64,000 nt of DNA from Octopus vulgaris (lineage: Eukaryota), in the NCBI GenBank assembly GCA_951406725.2, contig OX597815.1, forward strand, positions 99,200,001 through 99,264,000. The letters run 5' to 3'. Both the position numbers and the translations under genes were made by a program. Below the pieces are notes generated by a model. It ran no database searches. It saw only the letters and a list, made by a program, of their open reading frames with translations, and was not told where the DNA came from. Shown here in pieces: positions 12,571-27,707 of this stretch; positions within the stretch are counted from its first letter, which is position 1, and every line of letters starts with the position of its first letter.

Positions 12571-14119
12571 GTTTTCCATTTTGCTGTTAATAACACCCCT
12601 CCTCTTCACTCTTATATTTAATTAGCTTTGTTAAAAAAACTTACTTTACATTTCTGTCTTTTATCATTGTTAATGTTATTTTTAAGCGCCCTTATAAATG
12701 GTTGTTGAAAAACATGTAAACACTCATGAGCTGTTAGTCTGTCTTATTCCTTCAGTTTTAGAAATGTTACCTTCATAATTTGCATTTTGTTTCTTTGAAA
12801 ATAATTTTATTCAAAATTATTCCGTTTCATTCCATTATTAATGGGGCTTTTTTTAAAGTAAGTAGTTGCCTGTAACAACCACAATAACACCAGCACCGCC
12901 ACGAAAAATCATGTATTGGCCATGAACATTAGTTGCAAACTTCCCTCAGGAAAATATAGATTTTGCAAGGTCCTGGGAAAAACTCCCTAGGCTATCAATC
13001 GAAGATTGAACGCCGAGAGATGTACAGGATGCATAATATCAGGGCTAGGTCTAATTCATATTCCTTCCCAAAGAAGAGTTATGAAAGAGAAGGGGAAAGA
13101 GACCCCATCTACGCATGTCCAAAAACTCTGAATGGCGCAATACAAGGCACCAATGTAGGTCAAAGATTGCATCTGAGATGTTTTGTATACTTTATGATAA
13201 ACCTCAAAGGAAGAAACTGCATTATAGCTGAACTGATATGCCACGGTGAGGACGCGAGGTAGCAGGTCTTCACAAAGTTATCAAATGTGTCCTTACGTTT
13301 TTTTCTTTCTTTTTTTTCTTTTTTGGCGCAGTAAGGGCTGTGATTTCATTAGCTTTGGTATCTATTTCTGCTAGATTGAACAGCCACGAACACGTTCCCT
13401 TGTATGATCGAGTAGAAATTGAAAGAGAATGATGGAGATAGGGTAGAGTAAGAGAGAGAGAGAGAAGAAATAGTCATATTTTAGCCCCTGGTCAACCCTG
13501 GTATCCAGCAGGTCTTTTATATAGGCATTCCAGTCATGACATCTTCGTCTTTTATAGGAGTATAATACAAAAGACATCTAATGTGTTCATCCTTTCAAAA
13601 AGACACTAGCTAGGTTTGATTTGAGGTAGAGTTGTCAGCTACTTTTAGCAAGACGTGCGACAACGAAGGTGCTCGTACAACATTGGCTCGTACAACAATT
13701 AGAGTGTGAAAAGGAAGGACAAGGGTAGGGAGAGGAGAGAATGAAAAGGAGTTGGGGTGAGAGTAGTTTCGTTTGTTGAATAGTCGAACATAAACATTGA
13801 CGATAGAGCAATGTTCCTGTCTAGCAAATAATGATGACTTCTATTGTTATATATAATAACTTCACCACTACCTGTTCTAGACACTTTTACAGCCAATCTT
13901 GTATGACACTTCACTGTCTGAATGGCTGTGCTTGTATGTGTGTGTGTGTGTGTGTGTATGTGTGTGTGTGTGTGTGTGTGTGAGTGTGTGCGTTGTGTGT
14001 TCGTACATGTGTGTGTTCTGTGCGTGCGTACGTGTGCGTGTGTGTATAAGTATCTATTCGTGTGTCATTAGCTGTGTGTGCGTCTTGCTATATGTGAATG
14101 TTCGTGTGTTACTGCATGT

Positions 14120-14444
14120 ATCTTTTATATTCTATCTGTTTCAATCATTAGACTGCGGCCATGCTGGGGCACCGCCTTGAATTTTTAGTCGACTGAATCG
14201 ACCACAGTACTTAATTTTTTAAAACCTGATATTTATACTATCGGTCTCTTTTGTATGCTTTTTTTTTACTTGTATTAGTCATTTGACTGCAGCCATGCAG
14301 GATCACCGCCTTTAGTCGAACAAATTGAGCCCAAGACTTATTCTTTGTAAGCCTAGTACTTATTCTATCGGCCTCTTCTGCCGAACCGCTAAGTTACGGT
14401 GTCAAGCGATGGGGATAAACACAGACACACAAATACATATATAT

Positions 14445-14516
<72 letters not shown>

Positions 14517-14750
14517 CGGGCTTCTTTCAGTTTCCATCTACCAAATCCACTCACATGGCTTTGGTCGGCCTGATGCTATAGTGAAAGACACTTGCCCAAA
14601 GTGCCACGCAGTGAGACTGAACCCGGAACCATGCGGTTGGGAAGCAAACTTCTTACCACACAGCCATTCCATTCCTTAGCCTGTGTTTTTAATCTTTTAT
14701 TATTTTACTTGTTTCAGTCATTTAACTGGGGCCATGCTGGGGTACCACTT
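14120..14750 (-). mobile_element. SINE-B (bipartite, internal (TA)n): full copy ~14265-14665 plus flanking partial 3' ends
   Basis: Matches the reverse complement of 54127-54520: tRNA-like head, gggcaagtgtc core-like motif, 3' part ...gcatggc(c/t)gcagtcaaatgact. Confidence 0.8.
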
Positions 14751-16043
14751 TGGTTTGTGCAAGTGAGCATATGAAAATCTTTCTGTGAGCGTGTGTGTGT
14801 AAGAGGCTCCGTATACAAGTTTCTCTTGTGTAGGATGTATGTACCTTGTGTCTATGTAACAGAAAGGGAGTGTGTTTGTGTCTGCACCTATGTCTGTGTT
14901 TGTGTGCGCGTATCTGTGTGTGTGTGTGTGTGTGCGTGTGCGTCTGTGTGTGTGTTACTGTCTGTATGTATGCGTTTCTGTGTGTATAGATGAAGCTGTA
15001 AATGTAACAGACTCTGTATATAGGTTTGTATTTCTTTGAAGGCGTTGGTGCATGCATGTACGTGCCTGTATGTGTGTGTGCGTGCATGCACATGTTTGTA
15101 AGTGCATATGTGTAGTGTATGTGTGCACGTTTAAGGGTGCACGAGTTTGTGTTAATGTCTATATGAATGACTATATTTGCTTATATTTGTGTGTGTACAT
15201 ACATTCATATATACGTACATAAAAACACGCACACACACACCCCCACACACACAAATGACCACCAATACCGACGCAATATAAAAACAACAAAAACAAATTT
15301 GAATAGACAAATATACAAATATAAAGATAACAATAATATACCATTTAATAAAATACAATATAAACACAAATAAGGGCCTGCCTGTTCTTCTCCCACCCGC
15401 TTTTCACAACCGCCCCTACCCGGCCTACTTCACCCGAATGCTTTGCTAACTCGCCAATTCGCCTTCAACTGATGATTTCAAACGTCGACTACCCATTCAG
15501 CCATGTTTCATCGTTCAAACGGGGCCACCCCACATAATACAACAAACTGTTAAAACCCTCGGTTACTTACAACTACCCACTTTAGTGATCCCATATATTT
15601 CTTTCTTGTTATTGTTATTGATGGGTGATTTGTTTTTGTTTTGTTTTGTTTTGTTTTGCTTTTGTTTTTAATTTTCATAGTTTTAGAGGGTGGGCATTAT
15701 GGAAGGGCGTGCATTAAGTACTTGCCACAAATTGCCCTTGAAACGTTTTCGCTAACTGTCTTCTACAACACATATGCGGTATGACCAAGTATTTGACGCT
15801 GCCACGCGCACGCATACACACATACACACACACATACACACACTCACAACCACACATATACACTACGTACGCACAGATACACACACACAGATATGTGTGT
15901 TTGTTTTTGACTATCATTCTATTATTCTATTTCTTCCTATATATGTGTGTGTGTGTACGTGTGTGTGTATGTACATACATATATATATATGTATTTGTGT
16001 ATATATAATTGTATATATAGATGTATATATATGTATGTGTATA

Positions 16044-16104
<61 letters not shown>

Positions 16105-16246
16105 GTATGTATGTATATATGCATATATTTATATATTATTTATATATATATATATTACATTATATATATATATCTGAGACCGCCTTCGGTCACGACATAG
16201 ACCATGGGATTACACCTAGAAAGTTACCCTCCCAGGCACAAGTCCG

Positions 16247-16303
<57 letters not shown>

Positions 16304-17001
16304 GCTTACTTGGAAACGGATGCGAGGCGTTCAATTAAATAATACATTTATACATATATATACATATGCATATGTATCTGTGTGTGTAATTATATTATTC
16401 TATATTATATTCTAAGAGTTGAATGTGGCACACAACGTGCAACTCAAAATACCCTCATATCCCAACCTGATCGCTTAATGATCGTATATACTTTTACTTT
16501 ATTCGTGGATGGCTGCGTGAAGAGGGGACATTTATATCAAGTAGTTGCCATAAACCCCGTTTAAACGCCTCCAAATACACATATACAGGGGAAACAAACA
16601 CATGCAAATAATCACGCACTCAGACGCATTATATATGTCAGTGTGCGCGCGCTTATGTCTGTGTTGTTTGCCTGCACCCCTAAATTCACCACGTACACCC
16701 GCTTTAGTGATTGTGGGTGGCATAAACGGCGGGACACACCTTAGCAAATTTCTTGTTTGTCCATCAATCACACGCTTCGCTTTATATACCTTACTTTCTT
16801 TTGCTCACCATTTCAGGGGCTTCGCATTTTCTGTCTGTATTTATGTATTTATTTGTACATATAATTACTAATTTATTTATTTATCTATTTATTTATTCAT
16901 TTATTTATTTATTTATATGTATTTTAATGTTATATTTCAGTTTGATTGCTCTCTCTTTCTCTGTCTCTTTTTGTCTCTTTCTTTCCCTCTATCTCACTCT
17001 T

Positions 17002-17043
<42 letters not shown>

Positions 17044-17210
17044 AGTTCTCTATTTTCTCCTTGTTCTTTCTTTTCTGCCGTCTCTCTCACACACACACAA
17101 TTCCTTCCTGTTTTCTCATCTTTCTTAACCTTACAACCTTATATACGTACACAGCCACACACATGTTTGTGTGTGCGCGTGTGCATGTGCTTGTGTATGG
17201 GAGAGAGTAA

Positions 17211-17264
<54 letters not shown>

Positions 17265-18206
17265 ATGTGTGTGTGTGTGTGTTTGTGCATCTTTTGCCCC
17301 TCTTTCCTCAGTTTTATTTCCTTCTACTTTGCTATTTATTTTTTCTCTCATTTATTCTTCTTTACCTAATTCACCATACTGTTTTGTGGGTTTTACTTTA
17401 CCTCTAGTATTCCGCCCCCTTATACACTCAATATATATTCCCCAGCCGTTCCGATTCGTTAACCTCCAGCAGCCATGCAAAGTCTATTAAAGAAAAGCAA
17501 AACAGAAAAACGAAACATACAAAACACTTCTTTTGCTCCTCTTATACCCCTACTTCTCCTCCGCTCTCTTCTCCTTTCACCCCACTCGCCATCCTTTTTT
17601 CCTTTCAGTTTTCCCCTTACGCTCTTCTTCTTCAGTTACTCCTACTCCTTCTATTCTTGTTGGTTATTACAATGCCGTCTCCATCTTCTTACAGCAATGG
17701 TCAGAATTCAACCTATTATGAGACGGTAAAGGGGCTTCTCGGTGGCTAGAAAACAAACGAGAAACAGTAGTCAAGGCTCCCTTATATAACATCCTTTTAG
17801 GAAAAAGTTTCTTTTAAAAAAATACATTAAATGATGTTCTGCTAGGTACGCAATGTCTGATCAAAAATAAGACTGGAATATCACGGTGGAATGTCTTTAC
17901 ACATAGCTCTGTTTGTTTGGAGTTAGCCTGGAACAAAACAACGATAGCACTTATAGTCCTCCACCAATCTATAGTAACAACTTTACGGGAGCCAATGGGG
18001 GATTCTGTATGTGGAGCATGAGATGATAGAAATAGTTGTAAAATCCCAACCAAATCACACCATCCTACCGTCTTTAAAAAAATGGTAAGACATATTAGAT
18101 AATTTGGTTTAATATAGATTCGATTTCAATAATTAATGGCCTTGGAATACCTCTGATACTGGATTACATCTAATCGTAAGTTTGCTCAGTTAGGATTCGG
18201 CGACGG

Positions 18207-18684
18207 CAGGAGTGGGGAAAAACCCCCACCCCGTTTTATTGTGCCCGCAGGCTGATATACTCACATGTACAAAATATAGTAAATTTTTCAATCAAAATTA
18301 ATACAATATTCGTATACCCATTTGCGACATAAATTGCGTTTCCACTACGAGTTAAAATGGTCAGAAATCGTCCGGTAATTGGCATTTGAATGGAAATTTT
18401 GTTTTCATTATAAAACACCTATTGCTAGGATTATACCACCCCCTTGAGACCCAACTACACTTTAGCTGAAAAAAAACCCAGAATACCTCATAAGTAATAT
18501 AAACGTCCTAAATTCAGTGGAGGCCTTAATGAAGATGTTACGCGTTAATTTAATGTGTTAAATTTATCTTTATTTATGTATATCAAATTATACATAGATA
18601 TAAGAGTTAAAACCTGTGATCTGACAGCGGACCTTTTTCTTGAGAAATTTTTGCCCGCCGCTCTAAACAGTTTCCCCACGACTG
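18207..18684. mobile_element. Probable hAT-type MITE
   Basis: Imperfect TIRs CAGGAGTGGGGAAA / TTTCCCCACGACTG; no clear TSD. Confidence 0.45.
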
Positions 18685-18756
18685 GCCTAGGGCTAAAAAT
18701 AGAAATCAAATTTCTCTTCCATTTCCATTAAATTGAGTAAATTTTCTCTAACAATA

Positions 18757-18912
18757 TAGGCGCGGTTATGAGGTTCAGAAGCTCGCTTCCCAACCATATG
18801 ATCTTGGTTTCAGTTCCACGGCGCGGCACTTTTGTCGAGTGTCTTCTATTAGAGTAGGCCAACCAAAGTTTGTGGATGAATTTGGTAGACAGAAACTTGA
18901 AGTCCGCCATGT
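18757..18912 (+). mobile_element. SINE-B 5' half
   Basis: ataggcgcggttatgagg...cccaaccatatg...gtgtcttctatt...ttggtagacagaaac. Confidence 0.7.
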
Positions 18913-19031
18913 ATAAAAACCACGAACATTGATTGAAAGGACACAATACAGGATTTTTTAGTCTAATACATATGCAATTATTTTATAGATCGTCAACTTG
19001 ATAACTTGCAGATTCAAACTGGCAGACTGAA

Positions 19032-20225
19032 TCTTTATATATATAAAACTGAGAATGTGTGTCTGTCTGTCTATCTGTCTGTCTGTCTGTCTGTGTGTTT
19101 CCCTAAAACTTGAGAACTACACAACCAATTTCATTCAAATTTTACACATGCCTTACTTATGGTCCGGGGAGTGTCATCGGCAAAAATTTAACTTTTTGCC
19201 TAGGGCGAGCCCACAGCAATATCATATCTTCTCCACTACTATTCCCTAAAACTTGAGAACTACACAACCAATTTCATTCAAATTTTACACATGCCTTACT
19301 TAGGGTCCATGTAGTTTCATGGGTAAAACAATATTCAACTTCTTGCCTCGAGCGAGCCTATAGCAATATCATATCTTCTCCACTATTTCAGTATTACGTG
19401 TTAAAAGTGAAACAAAAACATTTCTCTATTTTATGTCAGATACTTTCACTTTAACAATAAAAATAATAATAACAATTGAATTATATGTAGTAAGTAATAA
19501 TTAAAATCAAACTAAAGTATAATATAATCGTAACATAAAAAAAGTAAAAATAGCAATTGGTATAAAATTGCATCAATGACTTGAACTTGAATAAGTGGTT
19601 TCACATGAATGGGAATAAATTAAAATAAAATTAGCGTGCAGAAATGGAATAGTCCAGATGGATGATAAAAAATTAAATTAAAGAAAAGACTATTGTCTAT
19701 AAAGTATACAATGTAGAGAAAAGATTTGAAGACATGGAGGAAAGCACCTTCGAAAAGTGTCTTGGTGCGACTATGAAAGTTATCTAATCAGAGGCGGTAA
19801 ATTCGCCACAATAGAAGCAAGATTCGAGTCAACGGAGCGTGCAAGGGGGTACTCGACTCGAACTTGCAAAGTGGAAATATTTTATTTTTACCTTTATATC
19901 TGGGACATAGGACGTCCTGGAAAAAAAAATCTTTAATGTCCCCCCCTCCCTGAAGTAGAGGTAGGCTGGATTGTAGCTACACTTCTATACAAGAGGGAGG
20001 ACAAGATACAATTGATCGAAATTACAAAAGATGGGCTAACAATTCCAGTCTGTTATATATTTTGAGTATTGTTATCACTAGCGATATCAAGATATAACTT
20101 TGTATTTTGTATTTTATGCGTAGATGTATATATATATAGATTTACATGTAATATGTACACATATATATACATATATATATATGCACTAGCACTATGACCC
20201 GGCAACGACGGGTCTTTAATGCTAG
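19032..20225 (+). mobile_element. Non-autonomous Helitron with an internal ~143-bp tandem duplication
   Basis: 5' A|TC terminus followed by (TCTG)n. 3' GC hairpin GACCCG-gcaacga-CGGGTC, then CTAG|T. Tandem units ~19099-19241 and ~19242-19387. Confidence 0.8.
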
Positions 20226-20379
20226 TAAGCTATGTATTCGACGATAAAATTATAAAACTGACTTGCATAATTGATGTATTTGTTCCGGGATTTTAAGTTT
20301 GGAGTTCAGCTTGCCTCTTCATCCTTACGTATTTTGATGCTGAGTGCTCAAGTAAGTGTTGGAAATTTGTCTCTATCAA

Positions 20380-20840
20380 CAATGATTTCAAATTTTGGCA
20401 CAAGGCGGGGAAGAGGATAAGGTAACTACATTGACTTCAGTGCATAAATGATATATATTTTATCGACTCCCAAGGGCTGAAAGTCAAATACTACCTTGGT
20501 GAAATTTAAACTCAGAACGTAAGAACGGACGAAATGACGGTCATTTTGCCCGGTCCAGTATGATAACGGTTCCGCATGCTCACCGCCTTTTATGTTTGTA
20601 TCGATATTGGTTTTACATTTTGGCACAAGGCCAGCAATTTTGAGGTGGGTGGGGTAAGTCGATTACATCGATTTCAGTACCCAAATAGTATTTATTTTAT
20701 CGACCCCGAAAGGATGAGAAGCAAAGTCGACTCGGCGGCATTGGAACTCAGAACGTGGAGTCAGAAGAAATGATTTTAAGCATAACTTTTTCTTTTCTTT
20801 TGTTTGCCGGCATTGTACTGATTCTGACAACATGCCTTGC
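20380..20840 (-). mobile_element. Two SINE-A copies
   Basis: Reverse complement of the SINE-A core (tttatcgaccccgaaaggatgagaagcaaagtcgac...aactcagaacg). Confidence 0.8.
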
Positions 20841-21014
20841 GATATGTGTATGGATATCAACTTGAATTTTTAGAAGTTATACTTCATAAATTTAGAGAGA
20901 GGAGGGAAGGGAGGAAGGAAGGAAGGAAGAAAGAAACAAAGGAAGGAAAGAAAGCGATGCTACAAATATATGGTGGGGTGTACTTGTCGCATTTGACAAG
21001 TACTCACACACAAG

Positions 21015-21151
21015 CTACCACATCCACTCACAAGGCTTTGGTCGGCCCGAGTCTAAAGTAAATGACACTTACCCAAGGTGCCACGCAGTGGGACTGAACC
21101 CGGAACCATGTGGTTGGAAAGCAAGCTTCTTACAACACACCCACTCCTGCA

Positions 21152-21153
<2 letters not shown>
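21015..21153 (-). mobile_element. SINE-B 5' half
   Basis: atccactcacaaggctttggtcggcccgag...cccaaggtgccacgcagtgggactgaacccggaaccatgtggttgg. Confidence 0.8.
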
Positions 21154-21196
<43 letters not shown>

Positions 21197-21268
21197 CATA
21201 TATATATACATATATACATATATATACACATATACACACACATATATATATATACATACATACATACA

Positions 21269-21359
<91 letters not shown>

Positions 21360-22209
21360 AGAGAGAGAGAGAGAGACGCATATATATATAAGCACACATA
21401 TATATACACACACACTACGCACACATATACATTTGAGGACGTTGCGATTCTGCGTGTGTGTGTATGTGTATTGTTTAATACGTGTGTGTTTTTCTTTATG
21501 TCAATTGCTACAATTGTATGATTGATGAACCACCAAATAGCATCACCATTCAATCCACTTCCTTACTTTTTTATCTCTTTCTTTTTTTCCTATCACGCTC
21601 ATCGTTCCATGTTAACACGTATATTTAAACGAATTTCTTTTTTGTCCCTCACACAAAACACTTTTTGTCCCTTCCAATAGTCCCTCTGAATAAAGCCCAT
21701 TTATTGGGTAAGACATTTATTTCCTATAGGGGCCACCCTGTTGAAAAACAATTTCCCTCCATCAAATCTTCAGCTACGATACTTTGACAAACAAATCAGT
21801 GTGTAACCCCTAAATTTGAGGATTTGGCGGGGAGGACCGTGTGTGTGTGTGCGTATATATATATATATATATAACTATACGCACGTACATAAACACACAC
21901 ACACACAAACACACACATACATATATGCATATATGCATACATGCAAACATACATGCCTACCCATACACGCTCTCGATGCTCGAAAAAATAACTCTGTCAT
22001 ATACGTGAAAGTGAAATCAGATAAGTAACATTTTATACTAAATCACGGCATATTAATGCCTGCTTGGGTGTGATTGTTTGTGTGTGTGGCTGCCAGTGAC
22101 CACGAGTGTGCTTGTGTGCGTATAGACACACGCACAAAGGCTCACGGATATATTTATATCAGAGAGAGAGAGAGAGAAAGAGAGAAAAGGAAGATCATAA
22201 TATATATAT

Positions 22210-22502
<293 letters not shown>

Positions 22503-22788
22503 ATATATATATAACGAAACTAAAGATGCGGATGTGTGTGTGTGTGTGTACATACAAGTATATGCATGTGTGTGTGTGCACGCGAGCATATCCATTCATC
22601 CACCTGTGTGTGTGCGTGTAAATTTGTATTTGTTTGTGTGTGTATGTGTGTGTATGTGTGTGTGTGCGTGTGTGTGCGGGTGTGTGCGAACGTGCGCGTC
22701 CGCGCCGATGTACATTTGCGCATTCTCGTATCAATACAGATATGCACGCAAAATCATATAAGCGCGTCCACACACACATACAGAACTA

Positions 22789-23623
22789 CAGTGAGTACCA
22801 AAAGCCACAGATGTGTCTTAATTTTTAATAACTTCCTTAACCTTACAAATAAATGCATGAAATGTTGATACAATATAAAGGACATGCTGGAAATTAACAT
22901 ACACAAGTTAAATTCTGCATCCCCTCTGCATCACATGAAAAATGCTATCGCTTAAATGGCAGCCCTTCTCGGCTTGTACTACAACACCCTCAAGAATTTC
23001 AGACGCCACTTCTCTGATTTCTCCGTTGATGTTCTCCTTCAGTTTTACTAGAGTCTCCGGTTTGTTGACATAAACTCTCTCTTTCAGGTATTCCCACAAG
23101 AAAAAATCCAGGCTAGTCAAGTCTAGGGAGCGTGAAGACCAGTTGCCGTTGCCGTAACGGGAGATTATTCTCTCTCCAAAGTACTGTCGTAGCAACTGCA
23201 TTGTTTCTCTTGCCGCCCTGTCTTGCTGGAACTATGCGTGGGATCTACTTTGAATGGACGGGCACAAAAAGGTATCAATTATGGATACATGAAAGAAAGA
23301 GTTTACGTCAACAAACTGGAGACCGGAGACCCTGTTACAACTGAAGGAGAACATCAATAGAGAATTCAGAGAAGTGGGTCTGAAACCCTTGAGGGTGTTA
23401 TGGTGCAAGTTTTGGAAAGAACACGGGCGTGCAAAGCCGAAAATAGATGCCATTTAATCGATGTCATTTATCGTATGTGATGTAGTGGTGTTGCAAAATT
23501 TGACCTGTTCATATTAATTTCCATTATGTCCTTTATATTGTATCAAAATTTGTTGCACCTATTTGTAAAGTTAAGGAGATTAGTTAAAAACAGAAACTAA
23601 TCAGTGATCTTTGGAACATCCTG
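22789..23623. mobile_element. Palindromic mariner-family (rosa/DD41D-like) derivative built from two inverted 3' halves
   Basis: Minus-strand WSSRSLDLTSLDFFLWEYLKERVYVNKPET (22908-23201) and a plus-strand copy LWIHERK/ERVYVNKL (~23280-23470). Ends are TA|CAG and CTG|TA. Confidence 0.75.
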
Positions 23624-23974
23624 TATGTACTTACGCATACCACCCCTTCTTACCTCCCCTCCAACGACCTGACCGATTTCCTGTCCACCGTGTGGTCGAT
23701 TTCCTGTTCAGCATGCTATTTTTTTCTAACTAACTTTCTTCACTGACATACAGTTATACCAACATCAAAGCACGACATGACGTGACCTTCTTCGACCAAT
23801 CACAGACAACCCTACGGTAATAATCACTTCTTTCATTCAAATTGAAAATGGCTGAGATCAGCATTACGCTTGAAACTTACGGACTACCAAGGAATTTAAA
23901 TCGAACTATTTTGATCCACACATATATATATATATATATGGGAGGTAGAAAGGGGCGGTATGCACAAGTACAAA

Positions 23975-24034
23975 CAGGATGTCCCAAAGGTCACTGATTA
24001 GTTTCAGTTTTTAATAATTTCTTTAACTTTACAT
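23975..24034. mobile_element. Solo TIR of the same mariner family
   Basis: caggatgtcccaaaggtcactgattagtttc is close to the reverse complement of 23594-23623. Confidence 0.65.
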
Positions 24035-24056
24035 ACACACATACATACATGCATAC

Positions 24057-24089
<33 letters not shown>

Positions 24090-24095
<6 letters not shown>

Positions 24096-24460
24096 AAATT
24101 AAGAGGAATGACCACTAAAGTGGACACCTAATATGCTAAACATAGGCGTCAAATCGCCATTACCCCGAAGTGTATGTTCTCATGAAAAATCTCAGCAAAA
24201 CGCCAAGATGTAAAAATGAGCAAGACAAATGAAAATATACGAAATAAAAACCGAATACCTACGTACCATAATTTCACTTGTTAATATTTACGTATGTAAA
24301 TATCTGCAAGATCATCATCGTAGTCTGTCGCTTACAAAACACAATTTCCAGAACTAGAAACAGAATGCATAACCGAAATAGAACATGTATAAAGTTCTAC
24401 AAATCATATTTGGGTGTATTTTTCAAATGTCTTCACTTTGGCGCGCTGAGGCCGGAAATG
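24090..24460 (-). mobile_element. Second, diverged copy of family H2 with a degenerate hammerhead (24257-24325)
   Basis: Aligns to ~5610-5962. Minus strand reads GACTACG-ATGATGA-TCTTG...CAAGT-GAAA-TTATGGTA-CGTAG. Begins at (TA)n. Confidence 0.7.
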
Positions 24461-24721
24461 ACTCTAGGGAATTCCCTACCAAGAATTCACAACGACCTTG
24501 AATCCACAAGAGTAAACAAGAGAGACAGAGACAGGCAGAAGCAAGGAAAATGCCACTTGTATTTGAACACTATACAAATATTCTTTTAAAAAACTTTTCT
24601 TTTAATTTTTTCCAAATTTAATTGTTTTCCATACTTACAGTTGAAAAAGTCTCAATGACTGAAACCGATACTGAAATGTCTTCTAAAATTATTTTAGCAT
24701 TTTCTATCTTGACTTTTTTCC

Positions 24722-24842
<121 letters not shown>

Positions 24843-24859
24843 TACACACATGTATGTAT

Positions 24860-24907
<48 letters not shown>

Positions 24908-24928
24908 GTATGTGTATATATATATGTA

Positions 24929-24979
<51 letters not shown>

Positions 24980-24999
24980 ATACATACATACATACAAAC

Positions 25000-25030
<31 letters not shown>

Positions 25031-25464
25031 CACATATATATATTTACATATATATATTTGCAATCTCAGATGTCTGTAGTAGAGGGCAGCCAGTCTTCGC
25101 GAGTTAGTATGGCTTGGTAACATACGTTCCCTAATCGTTTTTTGCAGGTGCCTTCTCCAGTGAAATATTCTACATGTGTCAGCTGGATGATGAGACCGTT
25201 GCACACAATTAACTGGTAATCTTTTCAACTAAGAGAACTGAGTAACGTAAAATGAAGTGCCTTGCCCAAGGACTTAACGTGCTATCTGGTCCAGGAATTG
25301 AACTGATGCTCTTATAATCATGAGCCGAACACTCTAGTCGAGCGCTAGCAAACACATCATGCAAACACATCTAAACGGTTTCTCTTCTGATGCTCGCATA
25401 AGAATAGTTTAATTAACACTCCCAAAGTTCGTCACATATATATGCGATATTCTATGGTAATATT

Positions 25465-25675
25465 TATATCAAGTTTTGCCACATGGCTAGCAATTTCTTA
25501 GGAGGGGACGGTCGATTACATTGATCCCAGGAGTCAACAGGTATTTATTTTATCGACCCTGAAAGGATGAAGAGCAAAGTCGATTCAGCGGAATTTGAAC
25601 TCAGAACGTGATTACGTACAAAAGGCCGCTAAGAATTTTGCCCAGCGTGCCAGCAATTCTGCCAGCGCACCGATT
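25465..25675 (-). mobile_element. SINE-A copy
   Basis: tttatcgaccctgaaaggatgaagagcaaagtcgattcagcggaatttgaactcagaacg. Confidence 0.8.
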
Positions 25676-26148
25676 CATACTTTGTTGTAATGAATATTTT
25701 AAAGATGTTGGATTTCAAACTAAGCGAATTGATTAAGGAAGAATTAGTTTACTTCACTCGCTACAAAAGTCAAACAAGGTGAAAGGAAACAGTCCCTTTC
25801 GTTGAGATGCCTGACACATTCATTATTCCAAGCTACATGTATTGTGGTGGATCGAACAAACAAAATGCCTTTGTGATATTTAGCTACGTTCCTTTATAGC
25901 TTTATGTGTAAGTTGTGAAAGTTTTAATTTTAAGTTTTCTCCATTCGGGACCTGTAAAGAAAGGACCAGACAAACTATTATCGCAATCTCCGTGGTGATT
26001 AGATTAATCGCATTGATTAGACACGTACTTTCCTATCTAACAAACTCAGATTAATGACCGCTTCATCTGCAAATATCGAAATCTACTCAATGTATTACCC
26101 CAGTTCTCTTCGTTCGATTCTATACACACTACATACGTACACACGTGT

Positions 26149-26181
<33 letters not shown>

Positions 26182-27675
26182 AGTGTGTGTGAGCGCGTGT
26201 GTATTAATAAGTTTTACACACATATACACGCATACACACACACACACTCATATATATATGTATATACATATATATGTGTGTGTGTATGATTGAATGCATG
26301 CATATATGTATGTATTATGTATGTAAATATGTATGTGTATATATATACATATATGCATATATATATATATACATATTTACAAACATGCATACATGCATAC
26401 ATGCATACATGCGTACGTACATACATACATACATACATACATACATACATACATACATACATACATACATACATACATTCGTAACATACATTTGTGAATG
26501 CTTTGAAAACTTACAGCAAATAGAATAAAACCGAGCAAAACTGTTAATATAATCCAACACTCTTTGACTCCCTCCTTCGCTTCTTCCTCTCTTTTACTCT
26601 ACGTTTTATCTCATTCTCTCTCCCCTTCTCTCTTTTTCTATTTATCAATCTATCTTTCATTAAATTTATCATTCTCCAACTCTCATTTCTCTCCCACTTA
26701 CTCATTACTCTTTAACAACACCTCTCTGATTTCCTTTCATTTATCAAAACACACCATTTTACACCATTTTATTGCAATTCCGAAACACCATTCCGAGGTT
26801 GTTTCCATAATTGACTTTATATGTTGCTATTTTAAATGAAACAGAATCTCAGAGAAACGTCCACTTCTTATAACTTAACATTTAATTCAATTTGATCAGC
26901 AAGAGTTGCCGCCCGTCTTAGCTACATCACCTTCAATTTTATCTGGTTTATTTTTCTTTAAATTCGAAAATAATGAAATTACCTACAATTGGCTTTTGTG
27001 CTAAATTCTCTAGTTAGAACTATTTATTTAATCAAAATAATATTTAAAACAGCTTGGATTCGATATTAGGCAAATTGTTTTCGTTTCTACACTATGGAAA
27101 TTGAGAAATTTGAGCAAGAGACAGTTTTCTCACCGAATTAACTATGATTAACTTCCAAGAATCAAATATTATTATCGCCCTCCAACCAACCATTTATTTA
27201 TTTATTTACTTATTTATTTATTTATTTATTCATTCATTTATTATTGCATGAGCACAGATGAAGACTGGAAAAGGCTAATGACGATGATGATGCTGATGAT
27301 GATGATGATGTTGACAGCGATGATGATAAAGACAGCAGCGTCAGGAGCAACGAATACGACGAGGATGTTGATGATGATGTTCTGATGTTATTGTTGAGTC
27401 TGAATCAGTTCTGATTGAGTAAACTTATGATCAAAAGCTATCCACCCATAACAACTCCGCCTAATCTTCCTAGGACGAAATATGTTTATTGCTAAATTAT
27501 CCAAAGAGCCATTAACTTTATTTGGAGCAGTATTATATGAGATCGGAGACGTTCAGTAGGTTTTAGTGAGTATGGGGAAGCCGTCCTATTGATAAGGTAG
27601 ATTGGGCAAAGTCACAACATGAATACGTTGGTATGTGGATATATATATACAGAGAGAGAGAGAGAGAGAGAGACT

Positions 27676-27707
<32 letters not shown>

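Noticed and set aside
15465-15492. CTGATGA followed by aaacgtc
   Set aside because: No stem II and no GAAA; probably a chance match.
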